A stretch of 27,350 nt of DNA from a virus. Lineage: Duplodnaviria; Caudoviricetes. The notes under the pieces were generated by a model that searched no databases, had not been told where the DNA came from, and saw only the letters and a program-made list of their open reading frames with translations. The position numbers and the translations under genes were made by a program. Positions 10,023 to 17,121 of the stretch are shown one piece after another. The stretch lies in the IMG/VR virus record IMGVR_UViG_3300042924_006280, positions 1-27,350 of that record, one strand, 5' to 3'. Every line of letters begins with the position of its first letter. Position 1 is the first letter of the stretch.

Positions 10023-10459
10023 TGTCTTATTACACGGCGCCGTTCACTTTTGATTTTGAGACGTCACTCATATACATAGATGAAGGCGTGCCCGACGTCC
10101 TCTGTATTCCACTTTATACTGCAATCAAGCTGGCGCAGGCCAGTGAAGAAGGAATCATCTATGACAGAATCGGCAAAGGATCAGGCCTTACCGTCCTCGG
10201 TCCCGACGTTCAGGAAGGCATCACCGTCAAGTTACTGGGGATGTGGCAACTTAAGTTCCCCGCCGGAAACTACATCGCCCGGGTCGCTGGCGGAAACCTT
10301 GTCGGCGGACCCGGAGATGACCCTATCGCCTACTCTCCCGGAGTCCAAACCCTCCTAATCCAGTCAGCCGCTGCTACCGTAGTGATGACAGGCGGCCAGG
10401 GCTCCTGCGCAACTCCCGACCAAGTTGCTGCGATCGTAAAGGGAGCGGTCAATGCGTAG
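10022..10459 (+). CDS. Hypothetical phage structural protein (145 aa, MSYYTAPFTFDF...)
   Basis: TGATG overlap with the upstream stop at 10020-10024. Confidence 0.75.
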   Translation: MSYYTAPFTFDFETSLIYIDEGVPDVLCIPLYTAIKLAQASEEGIIYDRIGKGSGLTVLGPDVQEGITVKLLGMWQLKFPAGNYIARVAGGNLVGGPGDDPIAYSPGVQTLLIQSAAATVVMTGGQGSCATPDQVAAIVKGAVNA

Positions 10460-10544
10460 CGACTCTTCTTGGGGCCGGGCCCAGGACCTTGGCCCGCGGC
10501 GCGTCACGTATCTGCCAGAATGAGGGGGAAGCCTCCACTGATCC

Positions 10545-10967
10545 ATGGCGTTTTCCCAGTACATGGCCACCCAGATACTGAACTGGATGCGCGGCACGGC
10601 AATGCCAGCGGCTCCGACCGGCCTGTTCATTACCATTCACAGCGCCAGCCCCACTAATGACGGCTCGGCGGCCAACATCACCTCTACGGTTACCGGCAAC
10701 AGCAACCGCATTCAGCTGCCCCAGGCAGACCTGGCCGCGATTACGTCGGTTGGCGGTGGCGGCTTCGAGAGGCTGAATGCTCAGACAATAATCATCACCA
10801 ACAGCGCCGTTAATGGCTCCTCGGCGTTTGCCAGTCATGCTGCCGTTTGGGATGCCAATACGGGAGGCAACCTGCTGCTCCATGACGCACTTTCGGTGGT
10901 GACGGAGATCCAGTTTGGCGATCTCGTAAAATTCGATCCCTCGACCTTCTCGCTTCGAGTCATCTGA
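10545..10967 (+). CDS. Small tail-fibre-associated structural protein (140 aa)
   Basis: MAFSQY..ILNW..GTAMPAAPT.LFI..HSASP...HAAVWDA.TGGNLL pattern typical of a widespread small phage tail protein family (recognised from memory). Confidence 0.75.
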   Translation: MAFSQYMATQILNWMRGTAMPAAPTGLFITIHSASPTNDGSAANITSTVTGNSNRIQLPQADLAAITSVGGGGFERLNAQTIIITNSAVNGSSAFASHAAVWDANTGGNLLLHDALSVVTEIQFGDLVKFDPSTFSLRVI

Positions 10968-11116
10968 TGGCAACTCAAACGAAGACCACCGGCCTGGGCA
11001 AGATTTGGCTCCAGGGCGACAAAAAGGACCCCGTGCATCACAAGACCACCCAAGGCAACGGGCGGGGCAGCCGAGCAAAAGGAAGCCGCAAGCTCAGTCG
11101 CGGTCAGGGGCGATAA
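10967..11116 (+). CDS. Small basic protein, 49 aa (MATQTKTTGLGKIWLQGDKKDPVHHKTTQGNGRGSRAKGSRKLSRGQGR); absent from the ORF track
   Basis: Translated by hand; TGATG overlap with the upstream gene; exactly fills the gap to the next gene (1 nt). Confidence 0.75.
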   Translation: MATQTKTTGLGKIWLQGDKKDPVHHKTTQGNGRGSRAKGSRKLSRGQGR

Positions 11117-11117
11117 A

Positions 11118-11453
11118 TTGGAACTCTTCCTGGACAAGGCGGTCGGGCCCGAGCGCATCGTCGTCGAGGTCCGACTGGAGCATGTCGCCATCTGCACAGC
11201 ACGAGACCTTCGCTGGGTTGCTTGGATGGTCTTCCAGGCGCTCGCCGAAGCCGACGCCCCGGTGACTTACCTCAATGGCGAGATCTTTGGCGGGAGCAGT
11301 CGAAACCTTGAGATCGCCCGCACCCACGATACGGAGCGCCAGGAGGACGTCTACACATGCTCCTGGGATGTCGCCACGCCTCTGCTCAATGACCCCGACG
11401 TAATTGACCTGGAGATTATTGAGATGCGCTTGGCTCTGCCGGCTGCGGCGTAA
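11118..11453 (+). CDS. Hypothetical protein (111 aa)
   Basis: TTG start 1 nt after the TAA at 11116; globular-looking composition; 3' end overlaps the convergent gene by 38 nt. Confidence 0.6.
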   Translation: MELFLDKAVGPERIVVEVRLEHVAICTARDLRWVAWMVFQALAEADAPVTYLNGEIFGGSSRNLEIARTHDTERQEDVYTCSWDVATPLLNDPDVIDLEIIEMRLALPAAA

Positions 11454-11688
11454 GGCCGAAGAGGGCCTGCGCTTGCCGTATCTGCAGCTCCCTGCGCTCC
11501 TGCTGATCGGCCTCCCAGGCTTCCACGAGAGACAGCTCCGGCACCTCCTCCCAGTCGCTCCAGGAACCTGGGCGAAAAGCTCCATTGACATCCATCGTGC
11601 AGCAATGTCGCCACTCCAGTCGGCGCACTTCGTTGCCGTTCCCATCGTCCTGAGCAATAGTTCGCAGCTGGATCGGGGCTCTGCTCAC
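11416..11688 (-). CDS. Hypothetical protein (90 aa, MSRAPIQLRTI...WSDWEEVP)
   Basis: GTGA overlap with the upstream stop at 11685-11688 suggests this start rather than 11784. Confidence 0.6.
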   Translation of the reverse strand: MSRAPIQLRTIAQDDGNGNEVRRLEWRHCCTMDVNGAFRPGSWSDWEEVPELSLVEAWEADQQERRELQIRQAQALFGLTPQPAEPSASQ

Positions 11689-11828
11689 AGCTTCGTCCTC
11701 CGCAGCCATTCGAGCATGATCTCTTCCAGCTGCTGGCTGGATGTCGCGCAGGCGCGAGGATCCTCCAAGCGCTGTAGGTACCATAGAAGATCACGACAGC
11801 TCCGCCCGCGGGCTGAGTCGCCGCTCAT
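11685..11828 (-). CDS. Hypothetical protein (47 aa, MSGDSARGRSC...)
   Basis: ATGA overlap at 11825-11828 and GTGA overlap at its 3' end. Confidence 0.5.
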   Translation of the reverse strand: MSGDSARGRSCRDLLWYLQRLEDPRACATSSQQLEEIMLEWLRRTKL

Positions 11829-12160
11829 ACTGCCTCCGGCCTGTCCCGCAGGCAGTGGTGCATGGCCAGCTTGCGCATGTCCTCCAGGTGACGCTCCGTG
11901 GCCGCCAGGGAGCCCGCTGAGCCGCTTCCTTCGCTGGGGCGCAGGCCGCACTGCCAGAGCTGGTCCATCAACCCCTGGGCTTCGGTGGAGACCAGGGTGA
12001 ACAAGGGGCGGTGCGGGAAGCATTGATCGGATGGAAGCGGCTCCATCGCCAGGCCCGTCGCGATCGAAAAATCGTTTCCTGCTCGACCGCCCAAGCTTCC
12101 CAGCTGGAACTCGATGGAGCTCCCCCAGGCGGCGCGTTGGGCGTAGATCTTGAAGGTCAT
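11825..12160 (-). CDS. Hypothetical phage protein (111 aa, MTFKIYAQR...AQGLMDQLWQCGLRPSEG...HLEDMRKL)
   Basis: ATG 12160 follows the upstream stop at 12189; natural protein-like sequence. Confidence 0.7.
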   Translation of the reverse strand: MTFKIYAQRAAWGSSIEFQLGSLGGRAGNDFSIATGLAMEPLPSDQCFPHRPLFTLVSTEAQGLMDQLWQCGLRPSEGSGSAGSLAATERHLEDMRKLAMHHCLRDRPEAV

Positions 12161-12188
12161 GGTCAGCAATCCCAAGAGGTAGAGGTCG

Positions 12189-12818
12189 TCACGACGGCAG
12201 CCCCGCCCGCTCGAGGTCACCGGCCATCTGCCGCCCCTGCCAGGTGGCCGAGCGCATCAGCCGCTCCTGCACGTCAGCTGCCGTATGGCCGTCCCACTCG
12301 GGGGCCAACGGCAGCTCTATGACGTGCGAAATGGCTCTGATCGCTCCCAGGTCGCTCACCGGCAAGTGATAGGTGACACGCTCCCACTGCTGCTCACCCG
12401 TGCGGACGTCCATGCCGGCCACAAAGAACCCCTCGGACATCCTGCCGTCGCCGTGCTTGAGCGAAAACCAGGGATTGCAGTCCTCGGCCGTGGCGGCCAT
12501 CAGCGCCAGGAACAGCGCGTGCCGGTGCTCGTAGAGCTCGCGAAAGGTGTGGTACCCGTCGCTGGTGTCCTCGTTGGCCGGGCGTCTCCTGGCCTCGTCA
12601 TAGCCCGTCATGATGGCGTTGGCGAACCAGCCGAGCATGGCGTCGGTGGTGTCGACCTGCAGGCCGTCACCGTGCAACTGGGCAAGCCTGGTGTCCGGGT
12701 TGATCGCCACGAACGCCTTGGCCCAAGCCATCGCATCCATCGAGCAGTGCCAGTGCTTCCCGTCGGAACCGCGAATGCCGTCTGCGGGGCCAGGAATCGG
12801 GTGCATCGGTAGATCCAT
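12189..12818 (-). CDS. WDGH-motif phage protein with an extra N-terminal domain (209 aa)
   Basis: SDGYHTFRELYEHR..LF, WFS.KH.DG, FVAG, TYHLP and APEWDGHT motifs; ATG 2 nt after the endolysin stop. Confidence 0.75.
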   Translation of the reverse strand: MDLPMHPIPGPADGIRGSDGKHWHCSMDAMAWAKAFVAINPDTRLAQLHGDGLQVDTTDAMLGWFANAIMTGYDEARRRPANEDTSDGYHTFRELYEHRHALFLALMAATAEDCNPWFSLKHGDGRMSEGFFVAGMDVRTGEQQWERVTYHLPVSDLGAIRAISHVIELPLAPEWDGHTAADVQERLMRSATWQGRQMAGDLERAGLPS

Positions 12819-12820
12819 GA

Positions 12821-13999
12821 TCAGTAGTCCCAAGTGACGAAAGGTGAAACGCCGGCCCTCGGGTGGAACCCGCCGCCGTTGCGCTTGTCGATGTGCAGGA
12901 ACCCTTTGCGGCGTCCGTCGCCTAGGGCACCGCTCCAGCGAGGCTTAAGCCACCAGAACATACCATCGAGATCGCCGTCGGCTGGGCAAATGTCCAAGGC
13001 GTCTCCCACGACATGTCGGCTGTTTGCCACCCCGCCGGCCGCCCGGTTGTAGGGCTCAGGCCGGTAGCCGCTAGTGAGAAGCACTGCTCCGTTCCAGTGG
13101 TCCCGGATCGCATCAGCGTCACGAATCACCGCCAGGATGTTCTTTTCCTCGGGCGAGCCAGCTGCCGGGCGCCGGCGCAAGTCTCCCCGCAGGACTTCGC
13201 GAACCGTGAAGTACCGGCCCACGGGCGCGTTCAGATCGGTCCAGTCCACGGTGGTGATCCGCCCGATCGCGGGAACTGGCGCGACCTCGGGGGCAAAGTG
13301 GGGCCCGAAAATGTACCACTGGCCGGGCTCCCCCTCGACGGTCACCAAGTCGTGCGCGTCGCCCGCAATCTCTTCGATTGAGGTAAAGCGGATCAACTGA
13401 TTCGGCGCCACCTTAATTCGCCCAGAGGCAGAAAGGTAGCTGCTGGGGATTGGAGCCTTTTTCAGGAACGTGTCCTGCGTGGCCTTCAAGGTCTGGGTCA
13501 TGACGGTTTCAAGGTTCCAAAGGGCTGCTTCACGCTGACGACGGTTGGTGAGTTCAGGCGAAAGTCTACCAAGGTTGTCGCGATCGAACTTCAGCAACAA
13601 GGACTCGATTGCGCCCGGATAGCTCCAGATCGAGCGCAGCTGCCGGCGCCTATGCACTTGCTCGTGCTGCACCCCCCGCTCATCGCCGCAGCCCGGGCCC
13701 AACAAAAAGGCCAGCACCGCCGCTCGCTGCGACGGCCCCAGCAGATCCCAGCCTGCCAGGGTCTTGCGGGCCAGCTCGTCGCAAGAAAGCAGTGCCTGCG
13801 ACAGCAGGGCATCCGCCTGCGCCTGGGTCGCCCGATCCCCCAGGATCACCCCGGTCCAGCCGTGCATCGTCAACCGATACCCAACTTCCGCAACCCCGGA
13901 CTCGTTCAGGCGTGCCTTTTCGATCAGGGGCGTCGTTTCGCGGACCAGATCGGCGGCCTGGCTCAGCGCCCGGGTGCCACGCTCAGGCAGGGGCCCCAA
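12821..13999 (-). CDS. Endolysin: degenerate GH24 lysozyme-like domain + linker domain + peptidase M15A Zn-peptidase
   Basis: C-terminal TSGYRP..N...GG..NSRH..G.ALD...GFLHIDKR; N-terminal GV..VGY, TQAQADALL, SQRAAVLAF, LTNRRQREAALW; TTG start is uncertain. Confidence 0.85.
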   Translation of the reverse strand: MGPLPERGTRALSQAADLVRETTPLIEKARLNESGVAEVGYRLTMHGWTGVILGDRATQAQADALLSQALLSCDELARKTLAGWDLLGPSQRAAVLAFLLGPGCGDERGVQHEQVHRRRQLRSIWSYPGAIESLLLKFDRDNLGRLSPELTNRRQREAALWNLETVMTQTLKATQDTFLKKAPIPSSYLSASGRIKVAPNQLIRFTSIEEIAGDAHDLVTVEGEPGQWYIFGPHFAPEVAPVPAIGRITTVDWTDLNAPVGRYFTVREVLRGDLRRRPAAGSPEEKNILAVIRDADAIRDHWNGAVLLTSGYRPEPYNRAAGGVANSRHVVGDALDICPADGDLDGMFWWLKPRWSGALGDGRRKGFLHIDKRNGGGFHPRAGVSPFVTWDY

Positions 14000-14207
14000 C
14001 GGCCTGGGCCAAAACAGCGGTGACTGCCGCCTGGTCGCTCATATCGACTCCGGCCGCCTGAGCGATCGCCGCCACCCCGGCATGGCCGGGAAGCTCTCCG
14101 CCCTGGGACAAGACGTGCTGCTTGAGCCCGTTCTTGTAGGCCAAAGCCATAGCCGAACCCGGTTGCTGCAAATGGGGGGCCGAGGCCACGAAGTTGGAAG
14201 CGTTCAT
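13983..14207 (-). CDS. Hypothetical Ala-rich protein (74 aa)
   Basis: TGATG overlap with the upstream stop at 14205-14209. Confidence 0.65.
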   Translation of the reverse strand: MNASNFVASAPHLQQPGSAMALAYKNGLKQHVLSQGGELPGHAGVAAIAQAAGVDMSDQAAVTAVLAQAVGAPA

Positions 14208-15373
14208 CAGTTCTCACCCATCAGCTGGCGGGACATCAGGGCTTGGGGTAGCGCGTCCATGTTCTGGCTGTAGAGCGCAGCAGCGGCCCTGGGGTCGCTG
14301 TCCATCAAAGCGAAAACGGTCGCCAGGATGTCATTGCCGTTCGCGCTGCCACCCTGCCCCGGGGGCCGCATCTCCAGTTGCGGGCGCTGATACAAGGACT
14401 GGCCTTGGGGCTCGGGGGGCTGAGCCTGGAACTGGGGTTGACCCTGAGCCTGGAGCTGGGGATAGCCCTGGGGCGTGCCCCCAACGGGGTACTGGTCGTA
14501 GCTTTCCATCAGCTCGGGGGCTCGCGCACCGCTCCTGGGGGGCAGCATGCGTCCGCTGGATTCGCCGTAGGCCACTTCGGCGGCCAGGCGGTCACGAGGA
14601 CCTTCCTGGACGGGAGCTGCAGGCAGCCCACCGGGGCCACCGGGGCCGAAAAACTCAGTAGTGTACTGGGCCAGCAGGGAAGGGCTTGAGAGGATAGTGT
14701 GATAAGCCGCGTTGTCCTCGGCGGCTGCGGTGATCAAGGTGTGAGCGTTCTGCAGGTTTTGGTGAAGCTGCTGGGCCTGGGCAGTCACCTCGAGAGTCTG
14801 CTGGGCCTGACGCAACAGAGCGTCCTCAATCACGCAGGAATAATGATTGAGCAGCGCCGGGGCCTCGGGGCCAAAATGCTGCAGAACCTCAAGACTTGCG
14901 CCGCTGAGGCCGTCCAGGTACTGGTCGCCCGTTGGTGCGGCGGTAGCCAACTGCGAAGGGGTCACCGCCCGCTGCTGGAGCTGGGCCTGGGCCGGATGCG
15001 GCTGGGAGTAGGGCGCGGGGCTGTAAACCGGTTGCTGGAACACCTGGGGCGGGGCCATCACCCCAGCCGGAGCTGGAGCCGGGGCGGGCACTGGCTGGGT
15101 CTGCGGCCAGAACTGAACCGGGGCCTGGTAGCTGGGCGTCGCGCTCGAAGAGCTGTAAAGCCCTTGAAGGGCCGCGTCCCATTGGCTCACCGCCTGGGGC
15201 GCCGGTTGGGAATAGGGCACTACCAGGGCCTGTGGCGCCGGAGCCGTCTGGTACGAAGGTGGGTGGCTCGCCGCCGGTGCTTGCTGGTAGGCCTCTGGCG
15301 AGGCGGGAGCGCTGGAAGGCATCGAGTCCTGCGGGATCGCCGGAGCCTGAGGAGTCGCGGTAGGTCCCTGCAT
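14207..15373 (-). CDS. Pro/Gln/Ala-rich protein, putative capsid scaffolding protein (388 aa)
   Basis: Directly follows the portal; disordered N-terminal third, central coiled-coil (EDALLRQAQQ...LHQNLQNA), short helical C-terminus. Confidence 0.65.
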   Translation of the reverse strand: MQGPTATPQAPAIPQDSMPSSAPASPEAYQQAPAASHPPSYQTAPAPQALVVPYSQPAPQAVSQWDAALQGLYSSSSATPSYQAPVQFWPQTQPVPAPAPAPAGVMAPPQVFQQPVYSPAPYSQPHPAQAQLQQRAVTPSQLATAAPTGDQYLDGLSGASLEVLQHFGPEAPALLNHYSCVIEDALLRQAQQTLEVTAQAQQLHQNLQNAHTLITAAAEDNAAYHTILSSPSLLAQYTTEFFGPGGPGGLPAAPVQEGPRDRLAAEVAYGESSGRMLPPRSGARAPELMESYDQYPVGGTPQGYPQLQAQGQPQFQAQPPEPQGQSLYQRPQLEMRPPGQGGSANGNDILATVFALMDSDPRAAAALYSQNMDALPQALMSRQLMGEN

Positions 15374-17120
15374 AGGTCAGCTCTCGCTTGAGGAAATCGA
15401 AGGCCCGGTAGATGTAGGGCGTCAGGTCCAGTCTAGGGTCTGCCAGGAGCGGCAGATTAGGGGCCTGAGGATGCGGCGTTTGCTGCATCTGGGACACCAG
15501 CGACAGAAAAGTCGCAATACTGGCCTGGGTCTGCTGCGCCATCCTAAACGGGAAGCCGCTCAACATTGCACTTCGTTCTTCATCTGTTTTGTCGGGGAAC
15601 AGATGACGCAAGGCCTCAACCGAGGCAACTCCCAGTTCTTGCAGGTTGCGCACCACAATCGACTTCTGCAGGATGTCATCCGCCGAGTCCTCGAACACTG
15701 GCCCGCGCCAGCGCCAATCCACCTGGCGGTCCCCGTCGGGAATCAGTCCCGTTACCCCAGGCGGCATGGCCTGCTCTTGCACCGCCTTGCGGATTGCCTC
15801 TTCGAGCTTGGCGTCGTACTTGGCCATCGCCGCGTCGAACGCCTCGGCCTCCTTGCGGAACTTCTTGGGATCGGTAATCTCTTCCTGCAGAGGCGCCTCA
15901 GGGCGCTTCATTTTGATCGCCGCGGCGAACGATTCGCGAAACACCCGCTCCTCGTTGTAGATGATCAGCGCCAGCAGCTTGCACAGCCCGTAGGTGAGCA
16001 GTCCGCGGCACTTCCGCCCGGCCGTGGCGGCAGGCCGGCCAAACAGGCTCTTGATCTCGTAGGCAGTTGCCCCGCTACTTATCCCCAGCTCGTCGACGCC
16101 ACCCAGGACCCCCCGCAGCTCTTCGCGGTACTGACGAGCGTAGAGATTTTGATCGCCACTGACCGAGTCTGGCGTGATATACGCCACCCGGTCAGTGGGG
16201 TCCACGTTAGAAATAATTCGAGCAATCTTGAAGCCACGCTCACGCCCGCCCCCCGAGCCCGCTGGCGGCGACATCCGCGTTGAAGGCGCCCCTTCGCCAG
16301 AGAAGCCAGCCTGAGACGCAATTGTCGGCCGCTGCGCCGGCGATCCAGTCGAAGCCTCGGTCGTGATGTCCGTCTTGGGTCTTGAAGACACCAGGGTCGG
16401 GTTGCCAAAAAACCTGATGTTTTCCCTGATGTTGCCTACCAGCTCGTCGTGGCCGGTTATTTGCGACTCCAGCCAATCGAAGTCACCGGTGGCGTCCATC
16501 CCGGTGGACCTCATTTTATTGAAAGCTTCTACCGCCGGGATGAAGCCCAGGGAATTGCGCACCGTCCTGGTTCTGCCGAACATCTCGCCTGTGAACGGCC
16601 CGGCCGCGTCAAGGTTCGGCCGCGACATCAGGATCGTTTCACGAATCGAGTCCCGGCGTACCACAAGCTTCACCCACTGCTGCATCTGGCCGTTGGGCCC
16701 GGGATTGGCCGACATCCCCGCCCCTGGCTTTACCTCGTAGCTGTAGACCAGGATCAGCTCGTCGATCTCAGCCATCGCGTCGTAATACGCCCGGTAGTCG
16801 CTCTTAGGGAACCACAGGATCCGGTAACTATCCCTGACCGGGCGGAAGAACCAGATCCCCTTGCCGTCCAGCAAGAAGTCGTCAACCACGCCCTCCAGAC
16901 GCTGATCGACCTCGTTCTCGGTGATCAGATTCTGCAGAAACGTCTTGCGATGCCCGAAGGTGTCCTGCTTGGGGTAAAACTCGATACCTTGCCGCAGCAT
17001 GAACAGTTGCTGCTGGACCAAGTGGCCGCCCACCACCAAAGTGTCCGATTCACCAGATGCCGTGCGGGACCTGAGAGCCTCTAGTAACTCACGAAAACGT
17101 TGGGATTTGGCTGCCGGCAT
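14889..17120 (-). CDS. Putative portal protein (743 aa)
   Basis: Starts 1 nt after the terminase stop; size and helical pattern fit (VDDFLLDGKG.WF, FFGNPTL, GATAYEIK.LF, VDWRW...F..S..D.LQ......ELG..S.EAL..LFP); ~160-aa low-complexity tail. Confidence 0.75.
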   Translation of the reverse strand: MPAAKSQRFRELLEALRSRTASGESDTLVVGGHLVQQQLFMLRQGIEFYPKQDTFGHRKTFLQNLITENEVDQRLEGVVDDFLLDGKGIWFFRPVRDSYRILWFPKSDYRAYYDAMAEIDELILVYSYEVKPGAGMSANPGPNGQMQQWVKLVVRRDSIRETILMSRPNLDAAGPFTGEMFGRTRTVRNSLGFIPAVEAFNKMRSTGMDATGDFDWLESQITGHDELVGNIRENIRFFGNPTLVSSRPKTDITTEASTGSPAQRPTIASQAGFSGEGAPSTRMSPPAGSGGGRERGFKIARIISNVDPTDRVAYITPDSVSGDQNLYARQYREELRGVLGGVDELGISSGATAYEIKSLFGRPAATAGRKCRGLLTYGLCKLLALIIYNEERVFRESFAAAIKMKRPEAPLQEEITDPKKFRKEAEAFDAAMAKYDAKLEEAIRKAVQEQAMPPGVTGLIPDGDRQVDWRWRGPVFEDSADDILQKSIVVRNLQELGVASVEALRHLFPDKTDEERSAMLSGFPFRMAQQTQASIATFLSLVSQMQQTPHPQAPNLPLLADPRLDLTPYIYRAFDFLKRELTYAGTYRDSSGSGDPAGLDAFQRSRLARGLPASTGGEPPTFVPDGSGATGPGSALFPTGAPGGEPMGRGPSRALQLFERDAQLPGPGSVLAADPASARPGSSSGWGDGPAPGVPATGLQPRALLPAASGPGPAPAAGGDPFAVGYRRTNGRPVPGRPQRRKS

Positions 17121-17121
17121 T

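Noticed and set aside
10471-10500. GC-rich hairpin as an intrinsic terminator
   Set aside because: The stem is short and imperfect, with no following U-tract
13983-14207. Holin call for the 74-aa gene next to the endolysin
   Set aside because: The Ala-rich segments are broken by Q/D and are not convincing transmembrane helices; there is no charged C-terminus
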